A stretch of DNA of 63,525 bases, the filler included, from Octopus bimaculoides (Eukaryota), in assembly GCF_001194135.2 (NCBI RefSeq). It is 5 parts of 5 records of this genome, joined end to end, with 100 filler letters (N's around TTAATTAATTAA, not from the genome) between each part and the next. Parts side by side here need not be neighbours in the genome. Positions count along the whole stretch, not along the records: positions 22,726 to 37,626 come from NC_069008.1; positions 37,727 to 60,593 come from NC_068982.1; 3 more parts are not named here. One strand, 5' to 3'. Each line of letters opens with the position of its first letter. Positions within the stretch are counted from its first letter, which is position 1. The position numbers and the translations under genes are program-made. A model generated the notes under the pieces. The model was not told where the DNA came from, did no database searches, and saw only the letters and a list, made by a program, of their open reading frames with translations. This document shows positions 27,047 through 39,360 of the stretch, one piece after another.

Positions 27047-27187
27047 GGTGATGATCTCTGTTATTTGCCTCATATTCCTAATATTGTGTGGAATTTACAA
27101 TCACATACCTACATTACATATATATGCATACATAGGCAGATGCATACATACATATAAACAAACATACATACATACATACATACACAC

Positions 27188-27265
27188 TGCTTCGGTTTTT
27201 CTAAGCCCTGCAAAAGAACACAGAAGGTTGGATCCCCAACCAGGAACTTCTCAGTACCCCCTTGT
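27188..27265 (-). mobile_element. Fragment of the same mariner family as 545-826
   Basis: cttcggtttttctaagccctg...aggaacttctcagtacccc resembles the reverse complement of about 670-720 joined to a TIR-like end. Confidence 0.5.
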
Positions 27266-27275
27266 ATATATACTG

Positions 27276-27313
<38 letters not shown>

Positions 27314-28211
27314 NNNNNNNNNNNNNNNNNNNNNNNNNNNNNNNNNNNNNNNNNNNNNNNNNNNNNNNNNNNNNNNNNNNNNNNNNNNNNNNNNNNNNNN
27401 NNNNNNNNNNNNNNNNNNNNNNNNNNNNNNNNNNNNNNNNNNNNNNNNNNNNNNNNNNNNNNNNNNNNNNNNNNNNNNNNNNNNNNNNNNNNNNNNNNNN
27501 NNNNNNNNNNNNNNNNNNNNNNNNNNNNNNNNNNNNNNNNNNNNNNNNNNNNNNNNNNNNNNNNNNNNNNNNNNNNNNNNNNNNNNNNNNNNNNNNNNNN
27601 NNNNNNNNNNNNNNNNNNNNNNNNNNNNNNNNNNNNNNNNNNNNNNNNNNNNNNNNNNNNNNNNNNNNNNNNNNNNNNNNNNNNNNNNNNNNNNNNNNNN
27701 NNNNNNNNNNNNNNNNNNNNNNNNNNNNNNNNNNNNNNNNNNNNNNNNNNNNNNNNNNNNNNNNNNNNNNNNNNNNNNNNNNNNNNNNNNNNNNNNNNNN
27801 NNNNNNNNNNNNNNNNNNNNNNNNNNNNNNNNNNNNNNNNNNNNNNNNNNNNNNNNNNNNNNNNNNNNNNNNNNNNNNNNNNNNNNNNNNNNNNNNNNNN
27901 NNNNNNNNNNNNNNNNNNNNNNNNNNNNNNNNNNNNNNNNNNNNNNNNNNNNNNNNNNNNNNNNNNNNNNNNNNNNNNNNNNNNNNNNNNNNNNNNNNNN
28001 NNNNNNNNNNNNNNNNNNNNNNNNNNNNNNNNNNNNNNNNNNNNNNNNNNNNNNNNNNNNNNNNNNNNNNNNNNNNNNNNNNNNNNNNNNNNNNNNNNNN
28101 NNNNNNNNNNNNNNNNNNNNNNNNNNNNNNNNNNNNNNNNNNNNNNNNNNNNNNNNNNNNNNNNNNNNNNNNNNNNNNNNNNNNNNNNNNNNNNNNNNNN
28201 NNNNNNNNNNN

Positions 28212-28273
<62 letters not shown>

Positions 28274-28561
28274 GAGAAGCTTCTTTCAGTTTCCATCTAT
28301 CAAATCCACTCACAAGGCTTAAGTTGGCCCGAGGCTATAGTAGAAGATATTTGCCCAAGATGTCACGCAGTGGGACTGAACCTGGAACCATGTTGGATCG
28401 GGAAGCAAGCTTCTTACCACACACCCACGTCTATACGTATTTTCTATTTCATACCCAAACTGTGTTCTTTACACCCTTAAATATGGTACGTCTATTTGCC
28501 TGTCAATCTGTCTCTCTGTCCACCCCTGTCGATAATTGACATGACCGTCAAAACTAGTCAC

Positions 28562-28901
28562 CTCCATAGTTTGCTTGTTCCAAAAGTCCTGTCAGCCAAT
28601 CACTCTTCTCTTGTGGCTCTTCTTCGCGACTGACTGGAACGAGTTCCTGCTTCATGTCTGGGAATCTGCTGTAAGACTGTTGAATAGCATCGGCTGGGAT
28701 GTCGACGTATTCGGACTGAGAGTTGACGCTGGGGTCGATCGGGTAGCTGTCTTCTTCGTTGCTGTCCTCGTAGCGACTGCCGTCCTCTGAAGCGCTGTCC
28801 ACCTGACCGTATGGGTAGACCCTGTTGTCCAGCGTGTCACCAGCACCGTTGAATGGCATCACATAGTCTTGTTCAGCATAGTCCAAGGGAGGGGCGTTCA
28901 A
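28562..28901 (-). CDS. Exon E of granin-like gene: LNAPPLDYAEQDYVMPFNGAGDTLDNRVYPYGQVDSASEDGSRYEDSNEEDSY...KSDWLTGLLEQANYG
   Basis: Acceptor ctctccatctttcag|tt and donor ggag|gtgact; 340 nt, phase 0-1; GC-richer open frame. Confidence 0.85.
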
Positions 28902-28920
28902 CTGAAAGATGGAGAGAATG

Positions 28921-28971
<51 letters not shown>

Positions 28972-29182
28972 CACAAGAGGAATGTAAGTAATGGAGGCAC
29001 AATCAGGTTGTAAAAGTTTTGCTCTGGGAACTATGCCAGAAATTGGGATTTCAAGATGGAAACACATGGTGCAATGGTCGTGTCGAAAGAGTCCTGGAGT
29101 CAGAGGAATGTAAAATTTCGTAGGACTGAGAAAATTACTATTTTTAAATCCCAGAATGAGAGATATTCAGCAACAGTACTTT

Positions 29183-29537
29183 GGAGTAAAGATTGTTTGC
29201 CAACACATAACATGGCAGTCCTGGTTTAGGACAAATGTTGCTGTAATTTAGCCCCAGGAGATATCGACTCCAGCTGGCTATACGATATGATCTGTGTCCT
29301 TATATTTTCAAACAAGGGAATCTAGCACCCCCACTCAGCCCAAAACAATATCTGTGTATTGTGATTTCCGGGTTGTTTTGAGCTGAGTTGGGGTGCTAGA
29401 TTCCCTTGTTTGAAAATATAAGGACACAGATCGTGTCGTATAGCCAGCTGGAAACGATGTCTCCTGGGGCTAAAATTACAGCAACATTCGTCCTAAACCA
29501 GGACTGCCATGTTATGTTGGCAAACAATCTTTACTCC
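29183..29537. mobile_element. Palindromic (foldback) MITE-like element: about 165-bp arms, 24-nt loop
   Basis: 29183-29348 is the reverse complement of 29373-29537, with about 10 differences. Confidence 0.85.
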
Positions 29538-29706
29538 TTTGTAGGACTTGCCTAATCAAATGGACAAGAAGTTAGAAAATAATAGACCAGACAGATTATA
29601 GATAAGGAAAAGTGAAGTTGCCAACTAGTTGATCCATCATGTCCGTTTGATTTGAGGATTGTAAAGAGGACGAATGGTGATGATGGTGATGATGATGATG
29701 ATGACA

Positions 29707-29741
<35 letters not shown>

Positions 29742-29762
29742 GCGCCACATTCCGACACTTAC

Positions 29763-29858
29763 TTTACTCTGTAATTCCTCAGCTTCTCTTAATTCAACCA
29801 ATTTCTCATAATATTCCAAGACCATTTTCTTATATTCACTGGCTTCTGTCTTTGACAT
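29763..29858 (-). CDS. Exon D of granin-like gene: MSKTEASEYKKMVLEYYEKLVELREAEELQSK
   Basis: Acceptor tttttctctgttgtgcag|at and donor aaa|gtaagt; 96 nt, phase 0-0. Confidence 0.85.
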
Positions 29859-30009
29859 CTGCACAACAGAGAAAAAAAAAATGGAGAAAAATGGAAACAC
29901 AGAAAATACTATAATCCCAGTGTGATTAATGCCTTGTGAGGAAATTTGGCTGATGGAGAGTGACAGAATCCCATCATATAAATATATATATCAATATCTA
30001 TCTATCTAT

Positions 30010-30048
<39 letters not shown>

Positions 30049-30571
30049 CATACATACATACATACATACATACATACATACATACATACATACATACATA
30101 CATACATGCATACATATATATATTTATATGATGGGATTCTGTCACTCTCCATCAACCAAATTTCCTCACAAGGCATTAATCACACTGGGATTATAGTAGA
30201 AGATAATTGCCTAAGTTGCTGTGCAGTGGGAATGAACTCAAAGCTACATATTTGAGAATGGTATGTCTTAACCATACAGCCATACCTGTACTACATACAG
30301 TACAATATGCTCAACAGGTCTTCACTCCCACAAACTGATAATTTGTATGGTTGAGGGAGATATCTGACTCAAGGCCATGAAACTGAAGTTACCTACCAAC
30401 CTAAAAATGTCCCATTGGAATAAATTACAAACATACAAGAAGAACTACAATCTTGCTGACTTACAAGAACTGTGGTGTCATGGTTATACAAGAACCTTGG
30501 TCTTACAGATGTACAAGAACTACTGTCTTTGCAGACACTTAAGACAAAATAGGGTTAGAAAAGAAACGTAC

Positions 30572-30736
30572 CAGTCCAATTCTGACAACATCCCGGAGAG
30601 ACTGGTCGAGTTTATCAAAACGTCCGGTTTCCAAGAGATATTTTGCTATAGATTCTGAAGATTTGATCAAGTCCTTGATATCATTTTCTGGGCTGTTAAC
30701 GAGGGATTCTTCAAAAGCTGCATTTTCTGGTAAACT
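30572..30736 (-). CDS. Exon C of granin-like gene: SLPENAAFEESLVNSPENDIKDLIKSSESIAKYLLETGRFDKLDQSLRDVVRIGL
   Basis: Acceptor ctgtcttttacag|ag and donor ctg|gtacgt; 165 nt, phase 0-0; complex, helical-looking sequence. Confidence 0.85.
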
Positions 30737-30865
30737 CTGTAAAAGACAGTAGGATTTTGGTAAGAACAGCAACATAGAATAGTTATCATCATCATCATCA
30801 ACATTATTGCCACCACCACCACCACCACCACCACCTCTGCTGCTGCTGCTTTTGCAAATGTATAC

Positions 30866-30905
<40 letters not shown>

Positions 30906-31161
30906 CTATATATCCATCCTTCTATCCATCCATTCTTCTCTGCGTATTATTCCTGATAGGTCTATGGGGACAGAAGTGGATATCACAAGATTAGGGAATG
31001 GGTTGGGCTAAATCTGGCCATGGATTCATTTTACGAATGAAGTGTTAAAAAAATGGATCAGTTAAAAGCTCTGAAGGGCCAAGCAATGATGGTGGTGGTG
31101 GCACCGGTGGTATTAAAACAATGGATTATCTCTATCTGATGTAATCTATAATCTCACGTAC

Positions 31162-31355
31162 CTTCTTGAAAGCAGCTTTTTTCTCCTCTTGCCGATCATC
31201 CTCAAACAGATTGTCTTGGAAAGTGTTGTGAATACCTTCAGCGGGTATATCAACTTCTGTTTTGGCTTCTACTTTGGGCTTGTTTCCTTTGGCCACTCCA
31301 ATCTTCCTCACTTTTTTCACAGAAGACACGACTTTGCCATTGTTGCCATCGATAA
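31162..31355 (-). CDS. Exon B of granin-like gene: (V)IDGNNGKVVSSVKKVRKIGVAKGNKPKVEAKTEVDIPAEGIHNTFQDNLFEDDRQEEKKAAFKK
   Basis: Acceptor tttttcgttatcctag|tt and donor aag|gtacgt; 194 nt, phase 1-0. Confidence 0.8.
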
Positions 31356-32089
31356 CTAGGATAACGAAAAAGATATAACATAGAATGGGTGGGTGTGTGT
31401 GTGTGTGTGTGTGTAAGTAGATAAACCAAAGGTATCGCAAATTAATATTGGCATGTCTCAAACTTACATAAATAATTGATTCCAACTCAAAACAATGATG
31501 TAACACAAAAAGAAAGACACCATTTAAAAAAATTCAAAGAATTCCATTAAAGAAAAACTTCCAATTGCAGTAAAATACTTTATTATAATTAAATAAACAC
31601 AAAGATTTATTAGGTTTTCATCTGCTTTAATAAATAATTTGTAGATCATCATCATCACCATCATCATCACCATCATCATTATTGTCATCATCATCATCAT
31701 CTTCATTTAACATCAGCTTTTCACGGCCTGATAGGAGCTGGTAAGCCTGAGGTTGGCACCAGGCTCCAGCTGTCTTCTTTGGTAATCAGCTCATGATTGT
31801 AAGGACATAAGTTCGATTCCTGGCAGTGCACTGTGTCCTTGAGCAAGACACTTTATTTCACTTTATTGCTCCACTCCACTCAGCTGGCAAAAAAACGAGT
31901 CATACCTGTAATTTAAAAGGGGCCAGCCTTGTCACACTCTGTGTCACGCTGAATCTCCCCGAGAACTACGTTAAGGGTACACGTGTCTATGGAGTACTCA
32001 GCCACAAGCAGACTAATCTGTTGATCATTCCCTACTAAAGTGAACATTATTGATTGGAGAACATGGAACTGAATAGAGCAGAAACTTAC

Positions 32090-32275
32090 CATTATCCGTA
32101 GTCTTTAATGTCTTCTCTGATTTACCATTATTCTCAACAATTTTTATATCACTCGAAGACTGCAACACTGCATGGTTGACCTTCTCCTTTTGCAGTTTCG
32201 CTAAGTCTTCCAGTTCCTTTTCTTGTTCATGAAGTTTGGCTGGCACTTTGGATTTGACCGTTTCTGTTGATTTGG
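32090..32275 (-). CDS. Exon A (first identified) of acidic granin-like protein gene: (A)KSTETVKSKVPAKLHEQEKELEDLAKLQKEKVNHAVLQSSSDIKIVENNGKSEKTLKTTDN
   Basis: Acceptor ttttgcag|cc and donor aatg|gtaagt; 186 nt, phase 1-1, open frame compatible with the next exon. Confidence 0.75.
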
Positions 32276-32673
32276 CTGCAAAACATGAACAAATTTACAT
32301 TGATTTCTTTTTTTAATATCAACTTGCCTGAAATTTCCAGTTCTAAATTATTCATATTTTAATTCAAGATCTCAAAATCTTTGAGGATTTTATTCTGTGA
32401 ACTGTGCATGTGATGTAGACTTTTATTGCTGTCTTTCTTTTCTGGATCAACAGCCCAGTCAAGATGGTATTTTCTTCATCTCCTATTCTTGTTTTTGCAC
32501 ACACTTACAAAATGACTTTCTGAAATGAACTTCCATTATGCAGCTGAGGAGTACATTTTCATTGCACATTTTATGTAGTGTTCTCACTACATAAATAAAT
32601 GAAGTTTGTACGAAACGTACGTACTGCTATAACCTAATGAATTTTTGTTGCTTTTCTTCAAATATATATAGAT

Positions 32674-32735
<62 letters not shown>

Positions 32736-32868
32736 GTAGACAGTTGTGTGCAATGTATTACCAAAAGCGAAAACTATAGTTGTCACTAAACATGACTAGG
32801 AATAAGAGCTCTTATTTCTAGCAACGTAAGTGCCCTAAGCACTCTAGACATGTTTAGTAACAGTTGAT

Positions 32869-32933
<65 letters not shown>

Positions 32934-33113
32934 GATATATATATATATAGATATATATATATATATACATACATATATATATATACATACACACATATAT
33001 ATATTTTTATGTATATGTGTATATATATATGTGTGTGTGTGTATGTGTGTATATATATATAAAGACATATATATTAGAGAAAGAGTAAGAGAGAGGCAAA
33101 CTATATACATACA

Positions 33114-33167
<54 letters not shown>

Positions 33168-34645
33168 CACTACATAATACATCTGTAGATAATTACATAA
33201 CACACCTAAGCATATGTTGACAGAGAGATACAAACAAAAGCAAAGACACACACACACACACACACACACAAAAGCATACACAATCTCACACTTCACTATC
33301 CACATACACATGCACACGTAAACACACACAAGCATAAACGCACACACATACACACACAAATGCACCTGTCTCTGTAAATATAGGCACGCATATGGCGACA
33401 CGCTCCTCACATGGTCGTACACACACACATGACAGGCATCGGAACATGTGACCTGTAACCGCGCCCACCTTCCTCCCCCCCCCCCNNNNNNNNNNNNNNN
33501 NNNNNNNNNNNNNNNNNNNNNNNNNNNNNNNNTCGTTGCTGTTCGATCTGTTTATTTATTCAAGCATTAATTATCGGCTGATAAAGAGCTGTTGTCGGAT
33601 TTTTTGTTGACTGACAGGGAAAATAATCGGAGAAGGTGGAATATTGGAAATGCGGATGGTGGAAATGTGAAACTCTGATGTGTGAGCCGTGCTTGGGCGT
33701 TGCAATGCTTGGCAGTGAGATCGTGTAACGAGATATATTCTATGTAGGTGTGTGTATATATTAGTGTGTCTGTGTGTGTGTGTATATATTTGTTCTTTCT
33801 TACATCTTTTAAAAAATTGGTTATGTTATGTTATATATTATATTATATTATATAATAATGTAAATAAATTGTTAGATTGTCAATTGTATTTCTTTATTTA
33901 ATTTATTATTTTTAATTTGTATTTATACCCCTATTCCTCTGGTATTCAACTGACATACCAGTAGAAGTGGATGTTTTACATTCGTTTGAAAGAATTATTT
34001 TTTCCTTCATTTGTTATATTATTAATATATATATATATATATACACACACATATACATATATACACATGACTGGCCTTTGTGCCGGTGGCACGTAAAAGC
34101 ACCCACTACACTCTTGGAGTGGTTGGCGTTAGGAAGAGCATCCAGCTGTAGAAACTCTGCCAGATCAGATTGGAGCCTGGTGAATGTATCTATATATGTA
34201 TGCATTATGTATGTATGTGTGCATGTTTATATGTTTGTACGGGCGAATGTATTTGTATGTTTGTATGTGTGTATGTATGTGTGTATGTATGGATGCATGC
34301 ATGTGTGTGTGTGTGTGTGTGTGNNNNNNNNNNNNNNNNNNNNNNNNNNNNNNNNNNNNNNNNNNNNNNNNNNNNNNNNNNNNNNNNNNNNNNNNNNNNN
34401 NNNNNNNNNNNNNNNNNNNNNNNNNNNNNNNNNNNNNNNNNNNNNNNNNNNNNNNNNNNNNNNNNNNNNNNNNNNNNNNNNNNNNNNNNNNNNNNNNNNN
34501 NNNNNNNNNNNNNNNNNNNNNNNNNNNNNNNNNNNNNNNNNNNNNNNNNNNNNNNNNNNNNNNNNNNNNNNNNNNNNNNNNNNNNNNNNNNNNNNNNNNN
34601 NNNNNNNNNNNNNNNNNNNNNNNNNNNNNNNNNNNNNNNNNNNNN

Positions 34646-34680
<35 letters not shown>

Positions 34681-34930
34681 TATACATATATACACATGAC
34701 TGGCCTTTGTGCCGGTGGCACGTAAAAGCACCCACTACACTCTTGGAGTGGTTGGCGTTAGGAAGAGCATCCAGCTGTAGAAACTCTGCCAGATCAGATT
34801 GGAGCCTGGTGAATGTATCTATATATGTATGCATTATGTATGTATGTGTGCATGTTTATATGTTTGTACGGGCGAATGTATTTGTATGTTTGTATGTGTG
34901 TATGTATGTGTGTATGTATGGATGCATGCA

Positions 34931-34967
<37 letters not shown>

Positions 34968-35263
34968 ATATTGTGCTTACACTCACACTTCAGTGTTTAG
35001 AAATTTTCCGAATCTCATGACAAACATGTTCCATATGTTGACTTTCTTAGAGCTTCCAGAAATTTCTATTTATGGAAGCAACCTCGACAGAGGAGACAAA
35101 CACATACACACACATATACACATGCACAAACACAAAATCTATTTTGTACAAATCCATATATATATATATATATATATGTTTGTGTTATATACATACGCAT
35201 ATATCTATAAATATCTTTATATATGTACACATTAGTATACCTATGTGTGTGTATATGTGTGTG

Positions 35264-35298
<35 letters not shown>

Positions 35299-35431
35299 AG
35301 CGTACCTATATTTAGCAACATATATATAACGGCTTGTAAACGGTTAATTATTAAGTGGAAAAATTAGCAGAAAAGTAATTCCTATGCCTTTTACACGTAC
35401 AGACACACACACACACACACACACACACAGG

Positions 35432-35466
<35 letters not shown>

Positions 35467-36860
35467 GTAGGTAGGTAGATAGATATCACCATATGTACAC
35501 ATACATATACATACATACATACACTCACATACACACACACATATATACATGCACATAGAAGTGTAAGCATACACACTCGCCTACACACATACACACCCAC
35601 ATATAATTATACAACTACAAACATAAACACACCCACAAATAAGCGTGGGCACATGTGTACATACATGCACACCTACACATATACACCTGCGCATATACAC
35701 CTGCGCATATATATATCCANNNNNNNNNNNNNNNNNNNNNNNNNNNNNNNNNNNNNNNNNNNNNNNNNNNNNNNNNNNNNNNNNNNNNNNNNNNNNNNNN
35801 NNNNNNNNNNNNNNNNNNNNNNNNNNNNNNNNNNNNNNNNNNNNNNNNNNNNNNNNNNNNNNNNNNNNNNNNNNNNNNNNNNNNNNNNNNNNNNNNNNNN
35901 NNNNNNNNNNNNNNNNNNNNNNNNNNNNNNNNNNNNNNNNNNNNNNNNNNNNNNNNNNNNNNNNNNNNNNNNNNNNNNNNNNNNNNNNNNNNNNNNNNNN
36001 NNNNNNNNNNNNNNNNNNNNNNNNNNNNNNNNNNNNNNNNNNNNNNNNNNNNNNNNNNNNNNNNNNNNNNNNNNNNNNNNNNNNNNNNNNNNNNNNNNNN
36101 NNNNNNNNNNNNNNNNNNNNNNNNNNNNNNNNNNNNNNNNNNNNNNNNNNNNNNNNNNNNNNNNNNNNNNNNNNNNNNNNNNNNNNNNNNNNNNNNNNNN
36201 NNNNNNNNNNNNNNNNNNNNNNNNNNNNNNNNNNNNNNNNNNNNNNNNNNNNNNNNNNNNNNNNNNNNNNNNNNNNNNNNNNNNNNNNNNNNNNNNNNNN
36301 NNNNNNNNNNNNNNNNNNNNNNNNNNNNNNNNNNNNNNNNNNNNNNNNNNNNNNNNNNNNNNNNNNNNNNNNNNNNNNNNNNNNNNNNNNNNNNNNNNNN
36401 NNNNNNNNNNNNNNNNNNNNNNNNNNNNNNNNNNNNNNNNNNNNNNNNNNNNNNNNNNTATTTTATGTACATTAATATTATCTCAGTTATTGAAACTTCC
36501 GATAATTTGAATATGTTAATAGTTACTAGGGGTAGCAAAATTACACTAAAAGACAAGATATCCCAGCCGATTTACAGGTTGATATACCGAGTTAACGTGA
36601 TACACTTTAATTATCTCCCCTCACCCACCCGAATGACTCCTTGACTACAACCTTCAGCTTCACATCAATAACACCCTCCCTTTATATTTCTATGTAAACT
36701 AGCGTTCTTATGCCTCTAAAGCCCGTGGAATAATATCGGTGACCCCGTCATATCTCTATGTAAACAAACCTTCTAACGGTCACTGACCATGTAACACCTC
36801 AGCTCATAAGTTACCCCTTTATTTCGGTTTTGTCTTGCTACTAAATGTTTTATTATGTTC

Positions 36861-36949
36861 TCCCTGATGAGAAACAAGTGATGATTCCAGCAACCCTTTC
36901 TTTTTTTTTGTGAAATGGCCCTCACTTGCTTCGAAACATATATGTAGGA
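36861..36949 (+). ncRNA. Type I hammerhead ribozyme motif with intact core
   Basis: Stem I tcc/gga, CUGAUGA, stem II gaaacaagtga/tcacttgcttc (10 of 11 paired), GAAA, stem III ACA-uaua-UGU, GUA site at 36944-36946. Confidence 0.65.
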
Positions 36950-37303
36950 ATTAAAGGAACTTTCATCGACATGCGTTTTGCTCCATTTGTTGTTATTATC
37001 CATATATATATATATATACATATGAAAAATGGGGAAGGCCAGTTTATGGTATTACCTTAGGTTTCTCATCCATAAAATGTTTAGCTTTACAGTGTATCGT
37101 CNNNNNNNNNNATACACGTACTCACATAGACCTGACACACATACATGCTTAAATACATACACACACACATGCACACACATATATAAAATGAGAAAGAGAG
37201 AGAGAGAAAGAGAAAGGGAGAGAGTGAGGGAGAGAGACAGAAATAGATTTACACATATGGGTATATATATATGTATTTATATATGTGTATATACATATAT
37301 ACA

Positions 37304-37341
<38 letters not shown>

Positions 37342-37569
37342 CATATATGATGTGCATATATATAAATATACATATATACATATATGTATATATACACTGT
37401 ATAATATACATACACACACACACACACACATATATATACACACACACATACACACACTCACACATACATATTGTATCCCGAAATCAAGCTGTTATATTTA
37501 ATATGTTTATCTATATAATTGCCTCTATATGTACATACATACTTACATACATACGTACATACATACATA

Positions 37570-37602
<33 letters not shown>

Positions 37603-37725
37603 ATATATATATATATATATATATATNNNNNNNNNNNNNNNNNNNNNNNNNNNNNNNNNNNNNNNNNNNNTTAATTAATTAANNNNNNNNNNNNNNNNNN
37701 NNNNNNNNNNNNNNNNNNNNNNNNN

Positions 37726-37856
37726 NGCTGAGTGAACTGCAGCAACGTGAAATAAAGTGTCTTGCTCAAGAACACAACACGCAGCCCGGTCCGGGATTCA
37801 AACTCACAACCTCACGATCGTAAGCTCGACGCTCTAACCACTGAGCCATGCGCCTT

Positions 37857-37860
<4 letters not shown>
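37726..37860 (-). mobile_element. tRNA-derived SINE family C head
   Basis: ggcgcatggctcagtggttagagcg...gtttgaatccc (A and B boxes) followed by tgtgttcttgagcaagacactttatttcacgttgc. Confidence 0.8.
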
Positions 37861-37921
<61 letters not shown>

Positions 37922-38093
37922 GCTTCTTTCTTAATCCCTCACTCTTGAACTATACTTTCTCCCTATTCTACACTTCTCACTAGTCCCCATCTGAATACCT
38001 CACCGATTCCCTTCCCTAATACACTTAGCTCTCCGCATTCAATCATTCCATCGTTGAACTTCTTTCCTTTAACATCTCAAATGTAAGAGCTCT

Positions 38094-38184
38094 TCCCTGA
38101 AGACGGAGGCTCGCCTCGTCATTTGATGGAATCAATGTACAAACATTATTATGGACCACCAAGCCCCCAGAAACAGCTGTTGGA
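38094..38184 (+). ncRNA. Degenerate type I hammerhead motif
   Basis: tcc-CUGAAGA ... a-GAAA-CAGCUGU-U-gga; stem II imperfect (ggaggct/agccccc). Confidence 0.4.
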
Positions 38185-38374
38185 TTTGTAATACTGTTCC
38201 TCACCCCTTTCAATTCTCTATATCATTGTATATATTGCATTTCATGTATTAGGTATGCTTTATATTTCATCTGTCTGACTTGCTTATCCTTACATTTACT
38301 TGTACACACACACACGCACACAAGCACACATACATACACATACATACGCTTACATACATATATACTAAAAACGA

Positions 38375-38615
38375 GTGAAGGCGCGTGGCTCTGTGGTTAG
38401 GATATACAGATCATGGTCGCAAGGTGGTGAGTTCGATTCCCGCGGGGCATTGTATCCTTGAGCAAGATATTTTATTTCACGTTGTCCCAGTTTACTCAGC
38501 TGGCAGAAATTGGCAAAAATGAGTTGTACCTGTAATACAAAGGGGGTCAGCCTTGTCACACTCTGTGTCACGTTGAATCTCCCTGAGAACTACGTTAAGA
38601 ATACGCGTGTCTGTA
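38375..38615 (+). mobile_element. SINE family C; other copies at 31778-32012, 40441-40762, 47335-47430, 48181-48488 and 50992-51238
   Basis: Shared head and body ccttgtcacactctgtgtcacg.tgaatctcc..gagaactacgttaag. Confidence 0.85.
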
Positions 38616-38939
38616 GTGTACATACATGCCCATACATGCATTAATACACATATACACATACATGCATACATACACATATACAGACACATACATACATACA
38701 TACACATACATACATAATACATTTATATAAAGATACACAAATTCGTACACACACATGCATTTATATATAAATACAGACACATACATACACGCATACATAC
38801 ATACATGCATACACACACATGCATACATACATACACACATACATACATACACACATATACATACGTACATACGCATACATTTATATATAGACACACACAC
38901 ACACACCATACGCTGCATAATCTGGTACTTGTACTACCG

Positions 38940-39251
38940 TCGCGATCACGTTGCCAGTGTGTTACGTGATGTAATTCAGTGAACACGTGACTTCATTGTT
39001 TTCACCCGACGAGAAAAGACGTGAAACGTATTACGAGGTTAAACTGCATGAGACAACAGCGCGCTTCATCAGCGGAAAACGTTGCGCTACGCCACACTGC
39101 AGGGCACCAGACAGCGCCACCACACCGCGCCGTATAGGACACCACGCCACAGACTACGCTGTACCGTACACCGTCTGCATCACGTCATACTACACTGCGC
39201 TATACTACAACTCGTACTATAATTCACACTTTACTCCACCGCGTATCACAG
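38940..39251 (+). promoter_or_regulatory. Candidate promoter and non-coding first exon ending at donor cacag|gtacgc
   Basis: CpG-rich unique sequence with ACGT-core sites (ttacgtga, cacgtgac, tcacgtca), a C/A-rich leader and a strong donor at 39252. Confidence 0.35.
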
Positions 39252-39322
39252 GTACGCAATCGTCTTTATCTCGTCTGCGGTTTAACACCACAACCACCAC
39301 CACTACCACCGCCACCACCACC

Positions 39323-39360
<38 letters not shown>

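Noticed and set aside
32509-32586. Possible phase 1-1 exon upstream of exon A (RTLHKMCNENVLLSCIMEVHFRKSF) with a GTAAGT donor
   Set aside because: AT-rich, no signal-peptide character, and could arise by chance; insufficient support.
33533-33720. Unique segment that could be the minus-strand 5' UTR or a short plus-strand exon (ENNRRRWNIGNADGGNVKL*)
   Set aside because: Adjacent to a gap and ambiguous in strand; cannot be assigned.
34028-34954. About 300-bp direct repeat on both sides of a gap (also 44295-44609 and 62995-63084)
   Set aside because: Identical sequence flanking Ns indicates unmerged contig overlaps rather than true duplications.
37785-37857. tRNA-like sequence (also 48420-48488 and 50992-51065)
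   Set aside because: It continues directly into the SINE C body with no proper acceptor stem; these are SINE heads, not tRNA genes.
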